Assembly: GCA_963515455.1 (NCBI GenBank)
Contig: CAUPXP010000007.1
Location: forward strand, 19,879 to 83,878
Length of the DNA: 64,000 bases
DNA from: Streptococcus mitis
Lineage (GTDB): Bacteria > Bacillota > Bacilli > Lactobacillales > Streptococcaceae
Reading direction: 5' to 3'
Part shown: piece by piece, positions 45,641-53,684 of the stretch
How the letters are laid out: every line of letters starts with the position of its first letter
Position numbering within the stretch: position 1 is the stretch's first letter
Notes under the pieces: generated by a model
Database searches by the model: none
The model's input: only the letters and a program-made list of their open reading frames with translations
Told to the model about the DNA's origin: nothing
Translations under genes and position numbers: made by a program

Positions 45641-45668
45641 AACAGTGGGTTTCGACTCACTGTTTTTG
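45641..45668 (+). terminator. Intrinsic terminator after the sulfhydrylase gene
   Basis: Stem ACAGTGGG/CTCACTGT (one mismatch), followed by a T5 run. Confidence 0.7.
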
Positions 45669-45683
45669 ATTTTCCCTCAGGCA

Positions 45684-45692
45684 TGATATAAT
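45684..45692 (+). promoter_or_regulatory. Extended -10 promoter element upstream of the DUF2130 gene. It is the only visible promoter ahead of the 47004-50570 cassette.
   Basis: TGaTATAAT at 45684-45692, 29 nt upstream of ATG 45722. RBS AGAGGAA. Confidence 0.55.
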
Positions 45693-45721
45693 GGTTAAAG
45701 AAGTCTAGAAAGAGGAACGAT

Positions 45722-47014
45722 ATGAACGAAATCAAATGTCCTAACTGTGGGGAAGTCTTTACAGTAAATGAGAGCCAGTATGCTGAACTTCTGTCTCAAG
45801 TGAGAACAGCAGAGTTTGATAAGGAATTGCACGATAGGATGAAGCAGGAACTGGCCTTGGCTGAGCAAAAGGTAATGAATGAACAACAGACCAAACTAGC
45901 TCAAAAAGACCAAGAAATTGCGCGATTACAGAGTCAAATCCAAAACTTTGATACAGAAAAAGAATTGGCCAAGAAAGAGGTTGAACAGACAAGTAATCAG
46001 GCCTTATTGGCTAAGGATAAGGAAGTACAGGCCTTGGAAAACCAATTGGCTACCTTGCGTTTGGAGCATGAAAATCAACTGCAAAAGACACTCTCTGACC
46101 TAGAAAAAGAACGGGATCAGGTTAAAAACCAGCTTCTTTTGCAGGAAAAGGAAAACGAGCTTTCTCTTGCTTCTGTCAAGCAAAACTACGAAGCACAGCT
46201 CAAGGCAGCTAGTGAACAAGTCGAATTTTATAAGAATTTCAAAGCTCAACAATCTACAAAAGCTATCGGGGAAAGTCTGGAACACTATGCAGAAAGTGAG
46301 TTTAACAAGGTCCGCAGTTTTGCCTTTCCAAATGCTTACTTTGAAAAGGATAACAAGGTTTCTGCGCGTGGGTCTAAAGGGGACTTTATCTTCCGTGAGT
46401 GTGATGAAAATGGAGTGGAAATCATTTCCATCATGTTTGAGATGAAAAATGAAGCAGATGGAACAGAGAAGAAGCACAAGAATGCAGATTTTTACAAGGA
46501 ATTGGACAAGGACCGTCGGGAGAAGAACTGTGAATATGCGGTTTTGGTGACCATGCTTGAGGCCGATAACGATTACTTTAATACAGGGATTGTTGACGTC
46601 AGCCATGAGTACGAAAAGATGTATGTGGTTCGTCCTCAATTCTTTATCCAGTTGATTGGTCTCTTACGGAATTCGGCGCTTAATTCCTTAAAATTTAAGC
46701 AGGAGTTGGCCTTGGTTCGGGAGCAAAATATCGATATTACACATTTTGAGGAAGACTTGGATGCCTTTAAGCTAGCCTTTGCCAAGAACTATAATTCAGC
46801 TTCGACTAACTTTGGCAAAGCTATCGATGAAATTGACAAGGCCATAAAACGGATGGAAGAGGTCAAGAAATTCCTAACCACATCTGAAAACCAACTCCGT
46901 CTAGCTAATAATAAATTGGAAGATGTTTCCGTCAAAAAACTAACTCGAAAAAATCCAACTATGAAAGCGAAGTTTGAAGCGCTGAAGGGGGAGTTAGAAA
47001 GCAGTGGAAAATGA
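45722..47014 (+). CDS. DUF2130-like protein: N-terminal CxxC zinc-ribbon, long coiled coil, C-terminal PD-(D/E)xK-like nuclease fold
   Basis: 430 aa starting MNEIKCPNCGEVFTV. Gln/Glu/Lys-rich heptad region. Nuclease-like motif GDFIFRE...IISIMFEMKNE (about 46378-46452). Confidence 0.8.
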   Translation: MNEIKCPNCGEVFTVNESQYAELLSQVRTAEFDKELHDRMKQELALAEQKVMNEQQTKLAQKDQEIARLQSQIQNFDTEKELAKKEVEQTSNQALLAKDKEVQALENQLATLRLEHENQLQKTLSDLEKERDQVKNQLLLQEKENELSLASVKQNYEAQLKAASEQVEFYKNFKAQQSTKAIGESLEHYAESEFNKVRSFAFPNAYFEKDNKVSARGSKGDFIFRECDENGVEIISIMFEMKNEADGTEKKHKNADFYKELDKDRREKNCEYAVLVTMLEADNDYFNTGIVDVSHEYEKMYVVRPQFFIQLIGLLRNSALNSLKFKQELALVREQNIDITHFEEDLDAFKLAFAKNYNSASTNFGKAIDEIDKAIKRMEEVKKFLTTSENQLRLANNKLEDVSVKKLTRKNPTMKAKFEALKGELESSGK

Positions 47015-47015
47015 A
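46994..47015 (+). repeat. Left copy of the direct repeat flanking the cassette (TTAGAAAGCA + GTGG + AAAATGAA)
   Basis: Compared by eye with 50577-50594. The 10-nt block and the 8-nt block are identical; the left copy carries a 4-nt insertion. Confidence 0.85.
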
Positions 47016-48674
47016 TTATTAGTATTGAATACTGAGGAAGTAAATGAGTCTGAAAATTTAAACTATGATGAGTTAGAAGAACTATTGGAACAGCAATTTA
47101 CAATGGAGTTCTCTAATCTTGAGAAATTAGAACTAGAATGTAAAGAAATTAGTTCACCGGATAAATTAGGAGATGTTGTTTTAGATGAAATTTGGAGTCA
47201 ATTTGCGAACCAAATTGGTTTAGATATGACAAGCGACACGCTTCTTAAGCAGTATAACGATAAACATCCTAATGGTTATACAAAAGAAGAGGGTGCTAAA
47301 ATAATGAAAGATAAAAGGTATACTGATGCAAATAATGCTATGAAAGAAAGGCAAAAAAATGGAAATTTAAAGGATGAATATACTGGAAAAACAATAAAAA
47401 TTAACGAAAAAGCTAATTTGGATCACGTCATACCAAGAAAACAGATTTTTGAAAACCCATGGAGGAAAATAGCAGATATTGAAACTTCTGATTTAGCCAA
47501 TAAATCAGAAAATTTGGCAGGAACTAATGAATCTCTTAATAAAAGTAAAGGCGCAAAATCTAATAGCGAGTATATAAAGAAAAGAGAAGCAAGAGAAAAA
47601 AATCTTAAAGAACAAGTTGAAAGAGCTAATAAAAAAATTGATAAGATGAATATCTCAGATGCCGAAAAGCGAAATCTTAAGGCTGAAAATAATAAAAAAT
47701 TAAATGATAAATTGGCTGCTGATTCAGATAAGATGATTAAAGTTGAAAAAAGTGCAAAGAAAGCTATGTATAAACCAATAGCAAAGAAAGCTGCAGTTAG
47801 AATGGCGAACAAGGCAGGTAAAGACGCAGTTAAAGCTATGTTTGTTGCAGCGTTATTTGGGATGTTGAAAGAAATAATGAATGCTTTGGTTCGTTTTTTT
47901 AAATCTAAAAAACGTTCGTTTGATACATTCTTAGATGAAATGAAAAATGCACTTCATTCCTTCTTTGGTAAAATTAGAGATTTTATTAAAGTGGGTGTAG
48001 ATAGTTTTGTTGGAAGCATCGTAGGAGAAATTATTGGTGCTTTCGCTGAAAAACTAAGAAAGTTACCAAATTTGGTAAAACAATTATTTGGTTCAATTAG
48101 AGAAAGTATCTCTTATCTATCAAACCCTGAAAATCAATCTCATTCTACTGCAATTAAAATTGCCCATGTTTCAAAAATTATTACATCCGCATTATTAGGT
48201 GTAGGAGCAATGTTTTTAGGAGAATATTTTGAACAGTTCTTAAATAAGATACCAGGTATGACTTTTGAAATAAAACTTCTAGGAACAATTGCTAATATTT
48301 TAGGGATGTTCTTTGCAAGTTTACTAACTGGAATCTTGGGAGCGATAATCATTAACGGACTTGATGGTTTTATATCAAGGAAACTACAAGATGAGAACAA
48401 AAAACAACAAGTTGATAAGAAGAACGAATTGCTAAGAATTCAGGATGTTCAAATTTTTGTTGCCGAGCAAAATGTTGCTGTTAAGCGAAATGATATCTTC
48501 AGTAAGATGGCTAAGAACCATCAAAAACTAAGAGAACTACTTGGCAATGTTGATGAAGAGTTTTCTAATTCAAAGATTGATTTCAAACAGCGATTATTAG
48601 CTAATGAAATTTACTTTGATGAAAAGCAAAGTGAACTTGAAGAAATGCAAAATGCATTAAACGATTTATTATAG
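47004..48674 (+). CDS. HNH (beta-beta-alpha-Me) nuclease domain protein fused to a multi-helix membrane region and a C-terminal coiled coil (cassette gene 1)
   Basis: 556 aa. GTG start 11 nt after GGGGAG. HNH motif DEYTGKTI...NLDHVIPRK...SENLAGTNESLNKSKGAKSN (aa about 124-186, nt about 47373-47561). Hydrophobic segments ITSALLGVGAMFLGEYF and LLGTIANILGMFFASLLTGILGAIIINGL. Confidence 0.7.
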   Translation: MENELLVLNTEEVNESENLNYDELEELLEQQFTMEFSNLEKLELECKEISSPDKLGDVVLDEIWSQFANQIGLDMTSDTLLKQYNDKHPNGYTKEEGAKIMKDKRYTDANNAMKERQKNGNLKDEYTGKTIKINEKANLDHVIPRKQIFENPWRKIADIETSDLANKSENLAGTNESLNKSKGAKSNSEYIKKREAREKNLKEQVERANKKIDKMNISDAEKRNLKAENNKKLNDKLAADSDKMIKVEKSAKKAMYKPIAKKAAVRMANKAGKDAVKAMFVAALFGMLKEIMNALVRFFKSKKRSFDTFLDEMKNALHSFFGKIRDFIKVGVDSFVGSIVGEIIGAFAEKLRKLPNLVKQLFGSIRESISYLSNPENQSHSTAIKIAHVSKIITSALLGVGAMFLGEYFEQFLNKIPGMTFEIKLLGTIANILGMFFASLLTGILGAIIINGLDGFISRKLQDENKKQQVDKKNELLRIQDVQIFVAEQNVAVKRNDIFSKMAKNHQKLRELLGNVDEEFSNSKIDFKQRLLANEIYFDEKQSELEEMQNALNDLL

Positions 48675-48683
48675 GAGAATGTT

Positions 48684-49484
48684 ATGTCAGAAGAATTAGA
48701 GATTCAAGTTTTAGCAAATTCTGAAAGATTTAATGAAAAAAAACAAGAGTTAAAAGCCTTTAGTGAAGAGATCCCTGAACAGTCAGATTTACCAACAGTT
48801 CCAACAGATGATCCTATGTTAGGCTTTATTGGAATGGAATATGATGTTAAGGGTAAAGATTTGAACGCTCTTACTGATGCTGTTCAAAATAGAATGATTG
48901 AACAAAATATTCACATAAAAAAGATTATTCAAGAATTTAATACTATTTACGAAACTTTCCAAATATTGGATGATGAGTATATTCAAAGTATTTCAAAATC
49001 TTTGATTGCAGCCAAAGAGGCAAATAATAAAGCTATACAGGGATTGCACGAAATAGAAGAATATCAAATAGGTAATAACAAACTATTAGATGATGTTTTT
49101 AAACAGAATAAAGATTTAATTGATATATTGAAGAAACATCATAAAAAGCTAGAAGAGTTAGAACAACTTGAAGATAAGCAAAGTGAAATTCATAATGAAA
49201 TTGATAGTTTAAAAGCGAAGCTAAAAACATTAGTGAAAATAGAAAATAGTTTTAACGATTTGCGTTTCCAAGTTGAAGAAACACAAAATAATCTTAAAAA
49301 CGATGTAGATAAGATGAATGTTCGATTAATAGAGGAAGGTAAAAATCTTACTTTAATTGTCGAGAAATTTCAAACTGAACTAGAGGAAAAACAAAAAGAG
49401 ATTAGTTTCCTTAGAAAAGGATTCTATACTCTTGGAGTCGCTGTTGTTATAATAGTATTATTTCTATTATTTAAAGGAATGTAG
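48684..49484 (+). CDS. Tail-anchored coiled-coil protein (cassette gene 2), unknown function
   Basis: 266 aa. RBS AGGAG 6 nt upstream. Heptad-rich Glu/Lys/Asn/Gln sequence. Single C-terminal TM FYTLGVAVVIIVLFLLF. Confidence 0.7.
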   Translation: MSEELEIQVLANSERFNEKKQELKAFSEEIPEQSDLPTVPTDDPMLGFIGMEYDVKGKDLNALTDAVQNRMIEQNIHIKKIIQEFNTIYETFQILDDEYIQSISKSLIAAKEANNKAIQGLHEIEEYQIGNNKLLDDVFKQNKDLIDILKKHHKKLEELEQLEDKQSEIHNEIDSLKAKLKTLVKIENSFNDLRFQVEETQNNLKNDVDKMNVRLIEEGKNLTLIVEKFQTELEEKQKEISFLRKGFYTLGVAVVIIVLFLLFKGM

Positions 49485-50570
49485 ATGATTAGTGAAACTT
49501 ATTTAAAATTGTTAAAATCGGAAGTGAAAAAACTGGATGATTTAACAAATAATACTTATGAATTGGAAATAATTCTTCAAGATATAGTTGATAATCTTAA
49601 AAATGCTGAGTTAGAATTTATAAAACGATTAGGAAACTTGACAAGTAAAGAGACATTCTCAAAAATCAAAGATAAGCAAACTAGCATATTGGAATTATTG
49701 TATAAATATCTTGGCTCTAGAGTTATTGATACAAATTATTTAATTTTGAAAGAAACAAATAATAAATCATTTGAAGAACTAGCAAATGATTTAAAGTCCT
49801 TAATAGGTTTAGAAAATGTTAAGAAAGAAATTAAAGATTTAGTAGCGTTTAATAAAGTTCAACAAAGTAGAGAAAAAATCGGTCTTAAAAAAACAAACAG
49901 AACTATGCATATGGCGTTTTTAGGTAATCCAGGTACAGGTAAAACAACAGTTGCTAGAATTGTTGGTAATATGTATCGTTCTCTAGGAATACTAAGTAAA
50001 GGTCACTTTATAGAGGCAAGTAGAACAGACTTAATAGCAGAATATCAAGGACAGACGGCTTCGAAAGTGAAGAGATTGATACAAAAAGCCAAAGGTGGTG
50101 TATTGTTTATTGATGAAGCATATAGTATTACTGAAAACGATAAAAGTGATAGTTATGGTCGGGAGTGTTTAACTGAGTTAACAAAAGCATTAGAAGACTA
50201 TCGTGATGATTTGGTGGTTATTGTTGCTGGATATGATGAATTGATGAAAAAATTTTTTGAATCTAATCCTGGGTTAAAATCAAGATTTAATTATTTTATT
50301 ACGTTTGAAGATTATACGGTGAACCAAATGTTTGATATTTTTCTTTCATATTGCAAAAATGAAGAGTACATTTTGCATGATTCTGCAAAAGAAAAATTAA
50401 AAAAATATTTAGAATTACATAGTAGCAATCCTGAAAATAAAAATGCAAATGGGCGATTTGTAAGAAATGTATTTGACAGTATAATTATGAACCAAGCAAT
50501 AAGATTAGCCACACTATCTTTTGTTACAAAAGATAATTACATTACGATTCTTGAAGAAGATATTTCATGA
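49485..50570 (+). CDS. AAA+ ATPase of the CbbX/SpoVK/EccA clade (cassette gene 3)
   Basis: 361 aa. Walker A GNPGTGKTT (49923-49949) and Walker B GGVLFIDEAYS (D210/E211, about 50094-50126). Family-typical LIGLENVKKEI...VAGY...NPGLKSRF. The ATG abuts the upstream TAG. Confidence 0.85.
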   Translation: MISETYLKLLKSEVKKLDDLTNNTYELEIILQDIVDNLKNAELEFIKRLGNLTSKETFSKIKDKQTSILELLYKYLGSRVIDTNYLILKETNNKSFEELANDLKSLIGLENVKKEIKDLVAFNKVQQSREKIGLKKTNRTMHMAFLGNPGTGKTTVARIVGNMYRSLGILSKGHFIEASRTDLIAEYQGQTASKVKRLIQKAKGGVLFIDEAYSITENDKSDSYGRECLTELTKALEDYRDDLVVIVAGYDELMKKFFESNPGLKSRFNYFITFEDYTVNQMFDIFLSYCKNEEYILHDSAKEKLKKYLELHSSNPENKNANGRFVRNVFDSIIMNQAIRLATLSFVTKDNYITILEEDIS

Positions 50571-50576
50571 ATGAAA

Positions 50577-50594
50577 TTAGAAAGCAAAAATGAA
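50577..50594 (+). repeat. Right copy of the direct repeat flanking the cassette (TTAGAAAGCAAAAATGAA); contains the truB start codon
   Basis: Identical 10-nt and 8-nt blocks to 46994-47003 and 47008-47015. Confidence 0.85.
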
Positions 50595-51468
50595 CGGTAT
50601 TATCAACTTAAAAAAAGAAGCAGGGATGACCTCGCATGATGCGGTTTTTAAACTGCGTAAGATTTTGGGAACCAAGAAAATTGGTCATGGTGGGACCTTG
50701 GATCCGGATGTAGTGGGCGTTTTGCCCATTGCGGTTGGCAAGGCGACACGCATGGTCGAGTTTATGCAGGACGAGGGTAAGGTCTATGAGGGGGAAATAA
50801 CTCTGGGCTATTCCACGACGACTGAGGATGCCAGTGGGGAAGTGGTCGCAGAGACACCTGTTTTGTTGCCCCTGGATGAAAAAATTGTCGATGGAGCGAT
50901 TGCTAGCTTGACTGGGCCTATTACTCAGATTCCACCTATGTATTCGGCTGTCAAGGTTAATGGTCGTAAGCTCTATGAGTATGCGCGTGCTGGTCAGGAA
51001 GTGGATCGTCCAGAGCGTCAGGTTACGATTTATCAATTTGAGCGGACAAGTCCGATTTCTTATGAGGGTCATCTTGCACGATTTACTTTTCGTGTGAAAT
51101 GTAGCAAGGGAACCTATATTCGTACCTTATCGGTTGACTTGGGAGAGAAGCTTGGTTATGCGGCTCATATGTCACATCTGACTCGAACTAGTGCAGCTGG
51201 TTTACAGCTAGAAGACGCTCTTACCTTGGAAGAAATTGCTGAAAAAATGGAGGCTGGTCAATTGAACTTTCTCCATCCTCTAGAGATTGGGACAGGCGAC
51301 CTTGTCAAAGTTTTCCTAAGTCCAGAAGAGGCTACAGAAGTACGCTTTGGTCGTTTTATCGAGCTCGACCAAACAGAACAAGAATTGGCTGCTTTTGAAG
51401 GAGATAAATTACTAGCCATTCTTGAAAAACGGGGCAATCTCTATAAGCCGAGGAAGGTTTTTATCTAA
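50590..51468 (+). CDS. truB: tRNA pseudouridine-55 synthase
   Basis: 292 aa starting [17 protein letters not shown], with catalytic Asp context GHGGTLDP. Confidence 0.95.
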   Translation: MNGIINLKKEAGMTSHDAVFKLRKILGTKKIGHGGTLDPDVVGVLPIAVGKATRMVEFMQDEGKVYEGEITLGYSTTTEDASGEVVAETPVLLPLDEKIVDGAIASLTGPITQIPPMYSAVKVNGRKLYEYARAGQEVDRPERQVTIYQFERTSPISYEGHLARFTFRVKCSKGTYIRTLSVDLGEKLGYAAHMSHLTRTSAAGLQLEDALTLEEIAEKMEAGQLNFLHPLEIGTGDLVKVFLSPEEATEVRFGRFIELDQTEQELAAFEGDKLLAILEKRGNLYKPRKVFI

Positions 51469-51578
51469 TCTAACTGGAGTTTGGGGATGGAATTCTTCCC
51501 CTAGACTATCCAAATCAGACTATAAATTTTGTAAAAAATGTGATAGAATAGACGACGGATAAAAAAACGGAGGATAGC

Positions 51579-52217
51579 ATGCAAAATAGACCAATCATTA
51601 TCGGAGTGACAGGTGGTTCTGGTGGGGGTAAGACCAGTGTTTCAAGAGCCATTTTATCGCATTTCCCTGATGAAAAGATTTCCATGATTGAGCATGATTC
51701 ATACTACAAGGATCAGTCTCACTTGACCTTTGAAGAGCGTGTCAAAACCAACTATGACCATCCTTTTGCCTTTGATACAGACTTGATGATTGAGCAGATA
51801 AAGGAATTGTTGGCAGGGCGTCCGGTGGACATCCCGACTTATGACTATACAGAGCATACACGAAGCAGCAAAACCTATCGTCAGGAGCCTCAAGATGTCT
51901 TTATCGTTGAGGGGATTTTGGTCTTGGAGGACAAGCGCCTGCGCGATTTGATGGATATCAAGATTTTTGTGGATACGGATGACGATGTGCGCATTATTCG
52001 TCGGATCAAGCGTGACATGGAAGAGCGTGGCCGTAGTCTCGATAGCGTTATTGACCAGTACTTAGGTGTGGTCAAACCTATGTACCATCAGTTTATCGAA
52101 CCAACCAAGCGTTATGCGGATATCGTCATTCCTGAGGGAGTCAGCAATACTGTTGCTATCGATCTTTTGACAACCAAGATTGCAAAGATTTTGGAAGAAG
52201 CTCGAAACAGTAAATAA
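51579..52217 (+). CDS. udk: Uridine kinase
   Basis: 212 aa with P-loop [21 protein letters not shown]. Confidence 0.95.
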   Translation: MQNRPIIIGVTGGSGGGKTSVSRAILSHFPDEKISMIEHDSYYKDQSHLTFEERVKTNYDHPFAFDTDLMIEQIKELLAGRPVDIPTYDYTEHTRSSKTYRQEPQDVFIVEGILVLEDKRLRDLMDIKIFVDTDDDVRIIRRIKRDMEERGRSLDSVIDQYLGVVKPMYHQFIEPTKRYADIVIPEGVSNTVAIDLLTTKIAKILEEARNSK

Positions 52218-52343
52218 ACAGATGTGGAGGCCTTGCCTCCTTTTTTATTTTTCACTCATAATGGTACATAAATGGAGATTTTTAGGCATATTTTTGGTAT
52301 AATAATACCCATGAAAGAGCAAGAAAATGAATAGTAGGTGGAG

Positions 52344-53684
52344 ATGGAAAAGTATTTATCGGTAACAACTTTGACCAAGTATCTGAAAATGAAATTCGAT
52401 AAAGACCCTTACTTGGAACGGGTCTATTTAACTGGTCAAGTTTCCAACTTTCGTAAACGACCTACTCACCAATATTTCTCCCTAAAGGATGACCATGCAG
52501 TTATTCAAGCGACTATTTGGTCTGGGGTTTATCAGAAATTAGGCTTCGACCTGGAAGAAGGGATGAAAATCAATGTGATTGGGCGCGTGCAGGTCTATGA
52601 ACCAAGTGGTAGCTACTCCATCATCATAGAAAAGGCAGAGCCTGATGGGGTTGGGGCGCTTGCGATTCAGTTTGAACAACTCAAGAAAAAATTGACAGAA
52701 GAAGGCCTGTTTCAAGAACGCTTCAAGCAACCTCTGCCCCAATTTTCTAAGAGAATTGGTGTAGTAACCAGTCGCAGTGGAGCCGTGATTCGAGATATTA
52801 TCACGACTGTCAGCAGGCGATTTCCAGGTGTCGATATTCTTCTCTATCCGACCAAGGTTCAAGGAGATGGAGCGGCAGAAGAAATTGCTCGAAATATTGC
52901 GCGTGCCAATCAACGTGACGATTTGGATTTGCTCATTATTGGTCGTGGTGGTGGTTCCATAGAGGATCTCTGGGCCTTTAACGAAGAAATTGTGGTACGA
53001 GCTATTTTTGAATCTCGTTTGCCAGTTATCTCTAGTGTGGGGCATGAGACGGATGTGACCTTGGCAGATTTTGTGGCAGATAGACGGGCTGCGACACCGA
53101 CGGCTGCTGCTGAACTAGCAACACCTGTGACCAAGTTGGATGTATTGGCTCATTTGCAAAATCAGGAAAAACGGATGGCAACAGCAGTCCGAAATGTCCT
53201 ATCAAAGAAACAAGAAGCTTTGAAAAAATGCAGTCAGTCTGTTATCTTTAGACAGCCAGAACGTTTGTATGATGGCTATTTGCAACGCTTAGATCAACTG
53301 CAACTGCGCTTAAAACAAAGTTTACGTACACGGATTTTTGATAGCAACCAACTAGTACAAGCAAGGACGCATCAACTGGTCCAATTATCACCTATTACCA
53401 AAATCCAACGCTATCAGGACCGGCTTGCTCAGTTGGACAAGCTCCTACGTAGCCAAATGGCGCTGATTTATGATGCCAAGGTTGCTGAAGTCAAGAGATT
53501 ATCAGAAGCTTTGCTGATGTTGGATACCAGTCGAATCGTGGCGCGTGGTTATGCAATTGTCAAAAAAGAAGAGTCCGTGGTTGATTCGGTTGAGAGTTTG
53601 AAGAAAAAAGACCAAGTGACGCTGTTGATGCGAGATGGTCAAGTAGAATTAGAGGTTAAAGATGTCAAAACAAAAGAAATTTGA
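52344..53684 (+). CDS. xseA: Exodeoxyribonuclease VII large subunit
   Basis: 446 aa from [17 protein letters not shown] fold followed by the catalytic region [11 protein letters not shown]. Confidence 0.93.
   Translation: MEKYLSVTTLTKYLKMKFDKDPYLERVYLTGQVSNFRKRPTHQYFSLKDDHAVIQATIWSGVYQKLGFDLEEGMKINVIGRVQVYEPSGSYSIIIEKAEPDGVGALAIQFEQLKKKLTEEGLFQERFKQPLPQFSKRIGVVTSRSGAVIRDIITTVSRRFPGVDILLYPTKVQGDGAAEEIARNIARANQRDDLDLLIIGRGGGSIEDLWAFNEEIVVRAIFESRLPVISSVGHETDVTLADFVADRRAATPTAAAELATPVTKLDVLAHLQNQEKRMATAVRNVLSKKQEALKKCSQSVIFRQPERLYDGYLQRLDQLQLRLKQSLRTRIFDSNQLVQARTHQLVQLSPITKIQRYQDRLAQLDKLLRSQMALIYDAKVAEVKRLSEALLMLDTSRIVARGYAIVKKEESVVDSVESLKKKDQVTLLMRDGQVELEVKDVKTKEI

Noticed and set aside
46100-46639. 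179-aa minus-strand ORF antisense to the DUF2130 gene
   Set aside because: It is an antisense shadow of a coiled-coil (Lys/Glu/Gln-rich) region, with hydrophobic low-complexity translation and no start context.
47423-47812. 129-aa minus-strand ORF inside cassette gene 1. Similar cases: 48140..48400 and 50312..50512.
   Set aside because: Its Leu/Phe/Ser-rich product is the antisense mirror of a Lys/Glu-rich coding region. It has no RBS and is fully contained in a better-supported plus-strand gene.
47004-50570. Cassette as a type VII secretion (EccA-like) or sporulation (SpoVK) remnant
   Set aside because: No other ESX/T7SS genes (EssC, WXG100, LXG) or sporulation genes are nearby. The partners are an HNH-membrane fusion and a coiled-coil anchor, so a conflict-system reading fits better, though it is not proven.
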